64,000 nucleotides of DNA from an uncultured delta proteobacterium (GTDB taxonomy: Bacteria; Desulfobacterota; Binatia; Binatales; Binataceae). This document shows, one piece after another, positions 30,072 through 39,290 of the stretch. The notes beneath the pieces were generated by a model. It was not told the DNA's origin. It did no database searches and saw only the letters and a program-made list of their open reading frames with translations. How positions within the stretch are numbered: the first letter of the stretch is position 1; every line of letters begins with the position of its first letter. The stretch lies in assembly GCA_963851325.1 (NCBI GenBank), contig CAWKOR010000002.1, positions 167,960 through 231,959 of the forward strand, given 5' to 3'. A program made the translations under genes and the position numbers.

Positions 30072-30413
30072 TCAGGCCCGCAGCATGAAGTCGCTGAGGT
30101 CCATCGCGAACGCGCCGTCGGTGAGCTGCATCGATTTCGGCGAGCGCTTGAGCTGCAGCCGGGTGAGGTCCTGATCGCGCGGCAGCACGAAGACGATATC
30201 GCCGGCGGCCAGCGTGATAATGCGCACCCGCTCCTCGCCGCGCCGTTCCGCGCCGCTGACTTCATAAGGGCTGACGTGAAAGGAGAATCCGCGCGCTCGG
30301 ATCACCTCGGCCACAAACTCCTCGACGATGCCGACGAACAACCGCGTGTTGTCGTCCTTGAAGAGGCGCTTGTCGACGACCAGTATCCTGTCCCCTTCGG
30401 TGACTATCGCCAT
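30072..30413 (-). CDS. hypothetical protein, 113 aa
   Basis: GC3-rich ORF 42 nt downstream of the 30456..31325 gene on the same strand. No motif recognised. Confidence 0.5.
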   Translation of the reverse strand: MAIVTEGDRILVVDKRLFKDDNTRLFVGIVEEFVAEVIRARGFSFHVSPYEVSGAERRGEERVRIITLAAGDIVFVLPRDQDLTRLQLKRSPKSMQLTDGAFAMDLSDFMLRA

Positions 30414-30455
30414 TGTGCCGCCCTCCGATCCGCTGCTGCCACTGCTGATTCTACG

Positions 30456-31325
30456 TCAATGGAGATCAGCGAGGAAATCGAGCATCGCGCGATTGGTCTC
30501 CGTTGGCGCCTCCTGCTGCGTCCAATGTCCGCAATCGATGCGTTTCACGGTGACGTTGGGGACGTATTTTGCAATCGAGTCCGCCATCTCGGGACGCACC
30601 ACCGGATCCTTCTCGGCCAGCAGCATCAGCGCCGGGGTCATTACCAGTTTGCCCGCGTGATTGGCCGTTATCTCCCAGTTGTGGTTGAAGTTGCGATAGT
30701 ACTCGAGCGCCGGCGTAATCCCGCCGGGACCGCGGAATCCGTCGGCGAAGATCTTGAGCTCCTCGTCGGTAATGAAATCCTTCTTAGCGGCATTATTGAT
30801 GAAGGCGGTGCGGATGAACCCATCGATGTCGGGTTCGATGGCGGCCTCGGCGACTCCGCGCTCCTGGAAGAATCTGATGTAATCGAAGCGCGCATCGGTG
30901 AGCATTTCGAGCGGCGGCTTGGGTCCGCGCGGAATGAACGAGACGTTGAGCGCCATCAGCTTCGAAAGCGCCTCGGGATACTCCAACGCGAAGCTCCATA
31001 AGATGATTGCGCCCCAGTCGTGCCCCGCTACCACCGCCTTCTCGTACCCGAAGGCGCGGATGAGGCCCATCACATCCCCGCATAGGGTCTTGATGTCGTA
31101 GGGACCGGCCCGCTCGCTCAGGTTGTACCCGCGCAGGTCGGGCGCGACAACTTTGAAGCGCTCCGCCAGCGGCGCCATCTGGTAGCGCCACGAGTAGTGA
31201 TTTTCCGGAAATCCATGCAGCAACAGCACCAGCGGCCGATCATTCTGCCCCTGGGTGATGCAATGAAATCGAATGCCATTGGCTGAGACGTATTCGTGCT
31301 TCCAGGTTTCCGCGACTTTCGCCAT
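30456..31325 (-). CDS. alpha/beta hydrolase, epoxide-hydrolase / haloalkane-dehalogenase-like
   Basis: LLHGFPENHYSWRYQ and an Asp-nucleophile elbow AGHDWGAII. Lies 75 nt downstream of the 1282-aa gene on the same strand. Confidence 0.8.
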   Translation of the reverse strand: MAKVAETWKHEYVSANGIRFHCITQGQNDRPLVLLLHGFPENHYSWRYQMAPLAERFKVVAPDLRGYNLSERAGPYDIKTLCGDVMGLIRAFGYEKAVVAGHDWGAIILWSFALEYPEALSKLMALNVSFIPRGPKPPLEMLTDARFDYIRFFQERGVAEAAIEPDIDGFIRTAFINNAAKKDFITDEELKIFADGFRGPGGITPALEYYRNFNHNWEITANHAGKLVMTPALMLLAEKDPVVRPEMADSIAKYVPNVTVKRIDCGHWTQQEAPTETNRAMLDFLADLH

Positions 31326-31400
31326 CGTGTTTCTCCCGGCTTGATAGTAGCCGCTGACGGATGTTTGGAGAATGCGTGATCGAAGAATCGCTGGATCTGT

Positions 31401-34400
31401 CTACTCGACGGCCGCTTGCGTCGGGTCGCCACCACTCGAGGGCGTCTCCGCAATCGGGTTGGTGTTGGACATCCATCCGCGAATCGCATCGGTCAATTCG
31501 CGGGCGCCGATCAGGTCGAGGCCGAAACGAATCGGGAATGAGCGCGGAAGCGCGTCGATAGCATCGCGTCCACCGCGTCGCGCCGCGAGTCGATCCAGCA
31601 ACCGGGCCACCACCAACTTCCTGGTCGAGCGCAAACCCGCATCGGCATAGATGTTCACGATAAGTTCGGCCGCGAGGATTACCGCATCGGGCATCCTGAC
31701 GCTTTCAGTCGCAAACTGATCGAGCGCCTGCTTGAGCGGAAACTGATCGGCATTCCATCGCGATAGTGCGCCTGCACGCATCAGCGTCTCGAGGCTCGGG
31801 GTGGTGAACGTGTATCCCCATCCTGCCAGCTTGGTGCTGGCGGTGGCGAGTTCCGCCGCTTCCAGGCTACCGGACTGCACCCGCGCCATCAGCGCCGATT
31901 GGGTCCAGATGCGGCGCACGCCGAACTGGTTGCGCGCGAGGTTGGCGAGAACGCGATCATCGGTCCACAGCACATGCCCCGGCATCGAGGCGAGCAGGAT
32001 CGTTTCCGCGCCATGCCGTCCGAAGTGGCCGACCAGATTTTCCCGCAGACTCGGTGCAAGCGTGGATAGCACGGCGCCATCGGCAACCGTACAGATCGAG
32101 GCGATCAGATCCGCGAGTCCGCTCAATTCGAGATCCGCCGATGCGATCTGCGATCCGCTCCAATTCCCAGCGGCGGCCGCGGAGCTGCGCTCGAACTGGA
32201 ACCTGCGCAGCTCCTGCAGCGTCGCTTGCGACACAATGAAGCGGCGCGCCCAGCTCTTCAGAAGGTCGAGTCCGCCGAGCAGGCAGAGGGTCGCGATCGC
32301 GCTCAGGTCGAGCACGATCGAATTGGCGCGATTGTATGCAGTGAGCGCCGCCTCCAGTTCCTCTTCGGAGCCCTGGCAACACTTGACGATCGCATCCGAT
32401 TGGGTGGCGAGCGAAAACAGGCCTCGCAGATCGCTGAGTCCGACCCGCTCGCCGTAGCCATGAATCGACATCGGCGTCAGCGCATAAAACTTATGTGCGT
32501 TGTCCCGAATGTCCGCATCGCTCATTCCGTTCCCCACCTCGGCGAAGTCGTAGGGAAGCTCGACCACCGCTTTGGTGTCGGCATGGACCATTTCGATTTC
32601 CGGGAGCCCCGGGAATCGGCGCGCCCAGCCGTAAAGGCAATCCTGGTAGCGATACGCATACTTCGAAATTAATTGCTTGACTACCGCGCTCTTGCGCCCG
32701 ACGCGCGCCCCGTCCGGAAGCTGGAACTTGTCGCCGCGACGCCGCCCGCGAAGTTGCTTCATCAGTGGCGATGACGGCCCGTGCTCGCCCATCGTCTCAT
32801 CCGCATCGCGAGCATCTTCGAGTATCGCCCAGGTCTCGAGATTACGTTCTGGCTCGACGAAGCAGACCGCGCACCCGAGCTGCGCGGTTTCAAAATCCGG
32901 CACTGTCGGCATCGGTCCGAACGGTCCGAGCGCCGACAGGAACGCGCGATGCGCATCGGGATCGCCGGGATTACGGCGCAGCAGCTCGTACGCATAACTG
33001 AGCGCCTGGTCGGGATGACCCGATTCCCGCATCAGATGGACCGCGACTCGCCCGAGTGACGGCAGCACCTCGCGCGGGGGCGGCATCGATTCGGGATCGG
33101 CAATCACCTGTTCATGGTGTCCGCTCGCGCGCGCGGCGGCCGAACGACGCAACTGCATGATCCGGTCGCCAGGATGCACTTCGAGATATTGATCGAGAAG
33201 ATGGATCGCGGCATTGAGGTCGCTGCGCTCCAGGATTTCCAGCTCGAACTCAAATGCGCCTTCGACCAGCGCACCATCGGTGCGCAGCTTGCGGCACACC
33301 TCGAGCACCACCTCGTTGCGGCCCAGGCGGGTGGCGCATTCAAGCAGGCGGCGCATGTCGCTGGCGGTCGCACCCATCTGCGGCGTATCACCCAACATCG
33401 CAAAGCCGCGGATCTGGATGATCGATTCCCAAATGACCAGCGCCTCGCTGTAGCGGCCGAGATCGTGCAGCAGCGCGGCCAGGTTGCGGCGCTCGTCGGC
33501 GCTGGTTTCCAGCCGCAACTCGCCAAGCGCCTCGTCGGCCAAACGCGACGCCTTGGCGCCATCGCCGCGTGACAATTCCATTCGGGAGCGCAGGGTGTGC
33601 AGCGCGGCGGCGGGAATTCGATCGGCCGGAAGCTCCGTCAGCAGAGTTTCCGCCTGATGCCATTGCTCCAAGCGCGAGAGAACGTCGACCGCACATCCAA
33701 CCGCAAAGAGATAGTCGCCGCTGGGAACCACAGCGGGATTGCGCACCGAGCGCATGAGGATGTCAGCCGCCTCGCGCAGGTCGCCCGGCAGGTCGCGCTC
33801 GCGCAACGTGATGCCGAGATGAAATTCCGCGTCGTCGCGGCCGCCGATTTTGACCGCGCGGCGGAAAATGTCGATCGCGCCGGTCAGGTTGCCTCGGCTG
33901 CGCAGCAGGATCGCATACTCGCAAAGCCCGTTGGTGTCTTCGCGCTCAAGCGAGTGAGCGTTCTCGATGTCGCGGCCTGCGCCTTCGATTTCATGCACCG
34001 CGATGCGCGCCTGCGCCCGTGCCAGCAGCGCCTGGACCTCGTTGGTAATCGACGCTTCCTCCTGCGCCAGCGCGATTGCGCGCGAGAAACACGCCTCGGC
34101 CTCGTGTACCCGTTCTTCGCGCACCGGACCCGGGTTGGTTTCGATCTCGCATAGCAGGATCGATTGTCCCAGCGTCAGCCACGGATCGGATTTTTCGGTG
34201 AACGCCTCGGCGGCGCTACGAGCGAAGCGTTCAGAGCGGGAATAGTCACCCGCGGCGATGGAACGAAGCGCCATCACCATCGCGACTTCCGGATCCATCT
34301 TCAGGAGCGGCGGGACCTTGCGTTCCAGCTCGTTTAAGGGAGCCGAGGCTGGGGTGTTGTTCAGCCATAGCGCGTGAGCGCGTCCGCTTCTGGAAAATTT

Positions 34401-35249
34401 CGCGCAGACGCTTTCCGCCATCGCGCACGCACGCTCTGGTTCGCCAAGCATTTCGTAAGCCAGAACTTCGTTGGTGCAGGCGTTCTCGTCGTCGGGCCGG
34501 ATGGATCGCGCGGCGATGAAGAGCATCGAGGCTTTGCGAACTTCACCTTCCTTGAGCCATGCGCGTGCGAGGTTCGCCAGCAACGCGAGCCGCTGATCGA
34601 TACTGAGCTGCTCCCACTTCTGCTCGCGCAGCTGCATCAGCTTGATCCGGCCGAGCTGATGATGGCGCTGATCGATAAGCGTCGCCGCCTCGGCGATCTC
34701 GCCTCCGGCTTCGTCCTTGGTCTGCGCCGAAGGCAGATGGGGCCAAATGGGTTGGAACCGAAAGCCCGAGTTTGCCTTGGTCAACGCCTGCCGCTTTGGG
34801 CTGGATTCGAATTCGGTCAGGAGATCCGGATACTCATCAAGCAGCTCCTCGATATCCTCCCAGCAGAGCACGTCGACGGTAAACAGGTTGGCTGCACGAT
34901 TGTCGCGGTTCAGCTCGAACACTGCATGCTTGAGCGCTTTGGAGCGCCACGCCGTGCTCGCGATGGTAAAATGTCCGAGTGGAAGCGCGAGGCTGGCAGC
35001 CCGCTCAATCGCCACGCGCAAATCGGCTGGGGTGGGAGGCTCGCGCAGCTCACGCAGGTCGCATCGGACCGCCGAAAGCCGCGGGCGTCCGCTGACCTCG
35101 ATCAGGTCGATCCCAAGATCGCGATCGCCGGCTTCCTGAAAGCGCTCGAGGGCAGGCATCTGCCAGTGACGCCGCAGGAGCTTCAGGCACAGGCGGCGCA
35201 GCTCCCCGGAATCGCGTGGCAGGGCATAGGGCGGACCAAAATGCGACAT
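31401..35249 (-). CDS. 1282-aa multidomain protein: degenerate Mrr-like endonuclease core + TPR-like array + GreA/GreB C-terminal-like domain + PIN-like nuclease domain
   Basis: Uninterrupted 3849-nt GC3-rich ORF. By-eye motifs: aa 1-145 GDRDLGIDLIEV..SAVRCDL..HFTIASTA..LCWEDIEELL. aa ~200-780 helical repeats. aa ~786-862 GPSSPLMKQLRGRRRGDKFQLPDG. aa ~977-1125 IVLDLS / LQELRR / LWTDDRVL. Confidence 0.6.
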   Translation of the reverse strand: MSHFGPPYALPRDSGELRRLCLKLLRRHWQMPALERFQEAGDRDLGIDLIEVSGRPRLSAVRCDLRELREPPTPADLRVAIERAASLALPLGHFTIASTAWRSKALKHAVFELNRDNRAANLFTVDVLCWEDIEELLDEYPDLLTEFESSPKRQALTKANSGFRFQPIWPHLPSAQTKDEAGGEIAEAATLIDQRHHQLGRIKLMQLREQKWEQLSIDQRLALLANLARAWLKEGEVRKASMLFIAARSIRPDDENACTNEVLAYEMLGEPERACAMAESVCAKFSRSGRAHALWLNNTPASAPLNELERKVPPLLKMDPEVAMVMALRSIAAGDYSRSERFARSAAEAFTEKSDPWLTLGQSILLCEIETNPGPVREERVHEAEACFSRAIALAQEEASITNEVQALLARAQARIAVHEIEGAGRDIENAHSLEREDTNGLCEYAILLRSRGNLTGAIDIFRRAVKIGGRDDAEFHLGITLRERDLPGDLREAADILMRSVRNPAVVPSGDYLFAVGCAVDVLSRLEQWHQAETLLTELPADRIPAAALHTLRSRMELSRGDGAKASRLADEALGELRLETSADERRNLAALLHDLGRYSEALVIWESIIQIRGFAMLGDTPQMGATASDMRRLLECATRLGRNEVVLEVCRKLRTDGALVEGAFEFELEILERSDLNAAIHLLDQYLEVHPGDRIMQLRRSAAARASGHHEQVIADPESMPPPREVLPSLGRVAVHLMRESGHPDQALSYAYELLRRNPGDPDAHRAFLSALGPFGPMPTVPDFETAQLGCAVCFVEPERNLETWAILEDARDADETMGEHGPSSPLMKQLRGRRRGDKFQLPDGARVGRKSAVVKQLISKYAYRYQDCLYGWARRFPGLPEIEMVHADTKAVVELPYDFAEVGNGMSDADIRDNAHKFYALTPMSIHGYGERVGLSDLRGLFSLATQSDAIVKCCQGSEEELEAALTAYNRANSIVLDLSAIATLCLLGGLDLLKSWARRFIVSQATLQELRRFQFERSSAAAAGNWSGSQIASADLELSGLADLIASICTVADGAVLSTLAPSLRENLVGHFGRHGAETILLASMPGHVLWTDDRVLANLARNQFGVRRIWTQSALMARVQSGSLEAAELATASTKLAGWGYTFTTPSLETLMRAGALSRWNADQFPLKQALDQFATESVRMPDAVILAAELIVNIYADAGLRSTRKLVVARLLDRLAARRGGRDAIDALPRSFPIRFGLDLIGARELTDAIRGWMSNTNPIAETPSSGGDPTQAAVE

Positions 35250-35426
35250 ACAGTAGCGAATCCTAACACGCGCGTAGATATACTAGAAGCTCCTTTATTC
35301 GCCTGTTTGTAGGATTTCTTAGCTGCGGTTCCCTTTCCGGCCGCATCGATGCCTGTCGCGCTCGATAGTCTGCTGCGGGAGCGATATTTGTTCCGTCTTC
35401 CGCGGCTGCTACGATGTTCGTTTCAC

Positions 35427-37436
35427 GTGCTTAGTCTCGACAACATCTCCAAGTCGTTCGGCGCCCGCAAGATTCTCGCCGACGTGAGCTGGTCCATGGC
35501 CGATGACGGCAGGGTCGGCCTGGTCGGTTTGAATGGCGCGGGAAAGTCCACCCTGCTGAAAATCATCGGCGGCGTGCTGCCAGCCGATTCCGGCCGTATC
35601 TCGTTGCCGCAGCGCGCGCGGGTCGGGTATCTGCACCAGGAATCGCCCGACATGAGCGGACGCTCGGTGCTCAACGAGACGCTTTCGGCGCTGACCCGGC
35701 TGCAGGAACTCGACCGTCGCCGCCATGAACTGGAAAAGACTCTCGCGCAATCGCAGGAAGGCCCGGTGCATGACGCCGCGATGAATGAGTACGGCGATGT
35801 GCTCAGCGAACTGGAACATCGTGATTTCTACACCGCCGAGAGCCGCGCCGAGGCCGTGTTGTTCGGATTGGGCTTCGCGGAAAAAGACCTGCACCGCGAT
35901 GTCGCGGAGTTTTCCGGCGGTATCCGGATGCGCATCGCGCTGGCCAAGCTGCTGCTCGATCAGCCCGAATTCATGATGCTCGACGAGCCGACCAACCATC
36001 TCGACATCGAAGCGCGCAACTGGCTGGAAGACTACCTCGCCTCCTACGCGGGCGGCATCATCGTGGTCTCGCACGATCGCTACTTCCTCGATCGCATCAC
36101 CAAAAAGACGGTCGAGGTTTCGCGCGCCCGGCTCACCGAATACGTCGGCGGATACTCGCGTTACCTGGTGCAGCGCGAGGAACGCTTTCAACTGGAGATG
36201 CAGGCCTACCAGAACCAGCGCGAAGAAATCGAGCACATGGAGGCCTTCATCAGCCGTTTCCGCTACCAGGCGAGCAAGGCCAAGCTGGTGCAGTCGCGCA
36301 TCAAGCAGCTCGAAAAAGTCGAGCGCCTCGAACCTCCGGCGGGCAGCGAAAAGCCTCCCTCGATCCACTTTCCGAAGTGCGAACGCAGCGCGCGGCGGGT
36401 CTTCGAGATCAATGGCGCGGTCAAGAAATACGGCGACCTGACGGTTTATGACGGCGTCGACCTGGTGATCGAGCGGGGCGCGCGCATTGCGTTGGTCGGC
36501 CCCAACGGCGCCGGTAAATCAACCATGATGAAGCTGCTCGCAGGCCTCGAACCGATGACGGCGGGCGAGCGTTTCGTCGGCGGCAACGTCGCGATCGGAT
36601 ACTTCGCGCAAAACCTGGCCGACACCCTCGACTACACCAAGACCGTTTATGACGAATTGAGCGGCGCCACCGACGCGATGAGCAGTCGCGAGATTCGCAG
36701 TCTGCTCGGCGCGATGCTGTTCTCCGGCGATGACGTGGAGAAAAAAGTCGCCGTGCTGTCCGGCGGCGAGCGAGCGCGGCTGGCACTTTCGAAGGTTCTG
36801 GCGCATCGCAACAACGCGCTGCTGCTCGACGAACCGACCAACAACCTCGACATCGTGGCCAAGGACACCCTGCTTGAAGCGCTCAAGGGATTTCCCGGAA
36901 CGATCCTGCTGGTGAGCCATGATCGGTTCATCCTGAATGAACTGGTAAACGAAGTAGTCGAGGTCGGCCGCGGTCACGCCATCCGCTATCTAGGCAATTA
37001 CGACGACTACCTGCGCAAGAAGGCAGAAATGGAACTGGCGAATGCCGGCCAGGCCGCGGCCAGAATCAACGCCGCGAAAAGTTCGGCGCGCGCCTCCGTT
37101 CTCGCGTCCACTAATGGAATCGCGCAGAGCGATCTCAACGGCGCTCACTCCAAGCCCGACAAGCGGACCGATCAACCGAAGCGCACCGACGACCGGGAGG
37201 CGAAGCGCCGTCACGATCAGATGCTGAAGCGCCGCCAGCAGCTCGAGGCCAGTATCGAGGGCAAGGAAACCGAACGCGCCGGCCTCGCCAGCGAGATGAA
37301 CGATCCGAATTTCTACCTCAAGCGCAAAGATGCCGACGATTTGATCGCGCGCTACCAGCAGCTCGAGCGCGAGATCGAGCGCCTCTACGCCGATCTGGAA
37401 AGACTCGAGGTCGAAGGCGCGCCGCTAGCCTCCTGA
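35427..37436 (+). CDS. ABC-F family ATPase (two ABC domains, charged coiled-coil C-terminus)
   Basis: Two Walker A motifs (GLNGAGKST, GPNGAGKST) and two signatures (FSGGIRMR, LSGGERAR). No TM domain. Start set at in-frame GTG 35427 (VLSLDNISKSFG), the typical ABC-F N-terminus. Confidence 0.85.
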   Translation: MLSLDNISKSFGARKILADVSWSMADDGRVGLVGLNGAGKSTLLKIIGGVLPADSGRISLPQRARVGYLHQESPDMSGRSVLNETLSALTRLQELDRRRHELEKTLAQSQEGPVHDAAMNEYGDVLSELEHRDFYTAESRAEAVLFGLGFAEKDLHRDVAEFSGGIRMRIALAKLLLDQPEFMMLDEPTNHLDIEARNWLEDYLASYAGGIIVVSHDRYFLDRITKKTVEVSRARLTEYVGGYSRYLVQREERFQLEMQAYQNQREEIEHMEAFISRFRYQASKAKLVQSRIKQLEKVERLEPPAGSEKPPSIHFPKCERSARRVFEINGAVKKYGDLTVYDGVDLVIERGARIALVGPNGAGKSTMMKLLAGLEPMTAGERFVGGNVAIGYFAQNLADTLDYTKTVYDELSGATDAMSSREIRSLLGAMLFSGDDVEKKVAVLSGGERARLALSKVLAHRNNALLLDEPTNNLDIVAKDTLLEALKGFPGTILLVSHDRFILNELVNEVVEVGRGHAIRYLGNYDDYLRKKAEMELANAGQAAARINAAKSSARASVLASTNGIAQSDLNGAHSKPDKRTDQPKRTDDREAKRRHDQMLKRRQQLEASIEGKETERAGLASEMNDPNFYLKRKDADDLIARYQQLEREIERLYADLERLEVEGAPLAS

Positions 37437-37457
37437 ACGAGCTGGATTGTCACTTGC

Positions 37458-38057
37458 GTGAAATCCGACTACCACTCCGCATCGTACCTGAGATGTGGCG
37501 TGGCTAAGGCAACCGACAACCAAACCCCCGATCGCGAGCTGGTAGCGGCAATGGCAAACGGCGATGCCGATGCGTTGCGTGCGCTCAGCGCCCGTTACGC
37601 GCGCATGCTGGGCGCGCTCGCCTATCGCTTCGTCAAGGATCAATCCGATGCCGAGGAGATCGCCGCCGACACGCTGTGGCAGGCGTGGCGGGAAGCAACC
37701 GCCTTCGATCCGGCCCGCAGCTCGGTCAGCGCGTGGCTGGTGATGCTCGGGCGAAGCCGCGCTATCGATAGATTCCGGGCCTTGCGGGCGCGCAAGTTGC
37801 CCAGCAGTCCGCAACCCGAACCCGCGCCGATGGCTGACGCGCTATCCAACCTGGAAGCAGCCGAGCGCGCCAGGATGGTCCAGAAAGCGGTCGGCGAACT
37901 CGAGGCTCGTGAACGCGAGCTCCTCGAACTGGCGTACTTCTCCGACCTGACACAAACCGAGATCGCCGCAAAAGTCGGCATCCCGCTCGGCACCGTAAAG
38001 ACCCGAATGCGAACCGCGCTCATCAAGTTGCGCGATGCGTTGAGGCGGTTGCGCTAA
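37458..38057 (+). CDS. ECF-type RNA polymerase sigma-70 family factor
   Basis: Region 2 (DRELVAAMANGDADALRAL...DAEEIAADTLWQAW) and region 4 HTH (LTQTEIAAKVGIPLGTVKTRM). Start uncertain: GTG 37458 or GTG 37500. Confidence 0.85.
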   Translation: MKSDYHSASYLRCGVAKATDNQTPDRELVAAMANGDADALRALSARYARMLGALAYRFVKDQSDAEEIAADTLWQAWREATAFDPARSSVSAWLVMLGRSRAIDRFRALRARKLPSSPQPEPAPMADALSNLEAAERARMVQKAVGELEARERELLELAYFSDLTQTEIAAKVGIPLGTVKTRMRTALIKLRDALRRLR

Positions 38058-38061
38058 CGTC

Positions 38062-38955
38062 ATGACCCACGACGAATTCAAAGCCTTGTTGCCGCTTGCC
38101 GCTCTTGCGCAACTCGAGCCCGACGAGCTGGCGAGTTTGCGCGAGCATCTCGCGGGTTGTCGGGAGTGCGATGCTGAATTGCGCGAGTTCGAACATGCCG
38201 CCGCGATGCTGGCGCTCGCCGTCGAATCGCCCGTCCTCGAGGATCGCGTGACGCGCAAGCTCGAGGCGCGGCTGGCCGCCGGAACCACGTCAACTGCACG
38301 GCAGGCAGCGACGTCGGTCCCGGATCGAACGTTGACGCGCATAGCGGAGCCGCCGCCCCGTCGTGAGGGTGCGCGCCGCTTCATTTCACGATTCGCGATC
38401 GCGGCGGCAATCCTGTTGGCGATATACGGGGCCGCGGTGACCTCCCGGCTGATGGACCTCAAGCGGGCGTACGACGATCGCGGCGACAAGCTCGTGTATC
38501 TGAAAAATCGTTTCAACACCCTTCAATATGATGCGCAGTACCAGGCGCAACGGATCGATGCGCTTTCGAAGGTTCTCACCGACCGCATTCAGCTCGAACA
38601 GGTCCTCGAGGCTCCCGATTTGCAACTGACGCGGCTCGCACCGCAGGCTCCGGCTCCAAGAGCCAATGCGCTGCTCGCGGTGAGCAAAGCCTCGCGCGAG
38701 GCGGTGCTGCGTGCGAGCGGCCTCGACGAGCCGCCCCCGGGGAAGGCCTACGAATTCTGGTGGATAACCAGGGAACAGGGTCCGGTCCGCGCCGGAACGT
38801 TTACCGTGGAGGCGGGCAAGGACGTCGTCGCGAAGGTGAATCCTCCGCCAGCCGGCGATCACGTCGTGGTGGCGGCAGTTACCCTCGAACCGGCGGGAGG
38901 AGTTCCCAAGCCGACCGGAGCGATGTACCTGAAGGGATCGCCGGAGCGCGAATAG
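38062..38955 (+). CDS. anti-sigma factor (zf-HC2 N-terminus, single TM, RskA-like C-terminal domain)
   Basis: HLAGCRECDAEL zinc-finger motif, TM FAIAAAILLAIYGAAV and C-terminal YEFWWI..AGTF. Lies 4 nt after the sigma gene. Confidence 0.8.
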   Translation: MTHDEFKALLPLAALAQLEPDELASLREHLAGCRECDAELREFEHAAAMLALAVESPVLEDRVTRKLEARLAAGTTSTARQAATSVPDRTLTRIAEPPPRREGARRFISRFAIAAAILLAIYGAAVTSRLMDLKRAYDDRGDKLVYLKNRFNTLQYDAQYQAQRIDALSKVLTDRIQLEQVLEAPDLQLTRLAPQAPAPRANALLAVSKASREAVLRASGLDEPPPGKAYEFWWITREQGPVRAGTFTVEAGKDVVAKVNPPPAGDHVVVAAVTLEPAGGVPKPTGAMYLKGSPERE

Positions 38956-39290
38956 CGCCAAGCAATCCGATCCGACGCCGGCGTTGTGCCTGAATATATC
39001 GGCGACATCTGGCGACGCTGGCCAACCTCGCAGCCCGGAAAGCAACAACGACTACAAACATTCGCGCCCATCGCTTCGACCTCGAAAAGTATCTACGCAT
39101 TTGCGGAGCCGACCCGACTCGTTGAAATGGTCCCCTCCCGGCCCGCGGCGCGGTTTTGCTTGGTGCCGCAATCGAGGATCGCCAAATCCCGCGCGCTCGA
39201 CACCTCCGCCCATCAGACGGTCCCGACAGGACCTCGGATCATTTACTTTCGGTCCGGTCGAGCTACCATTGATCCCAAGGCAACTAACTT

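Noticed and set aside
35409-36368. 319-aa minus-strand ORF antisense to the ABC-F gene
   Set aside because: The ABC-F frame carries Walker A/B and signature motifs. The antisense frame has no motifs and is a GC-driven open frame.
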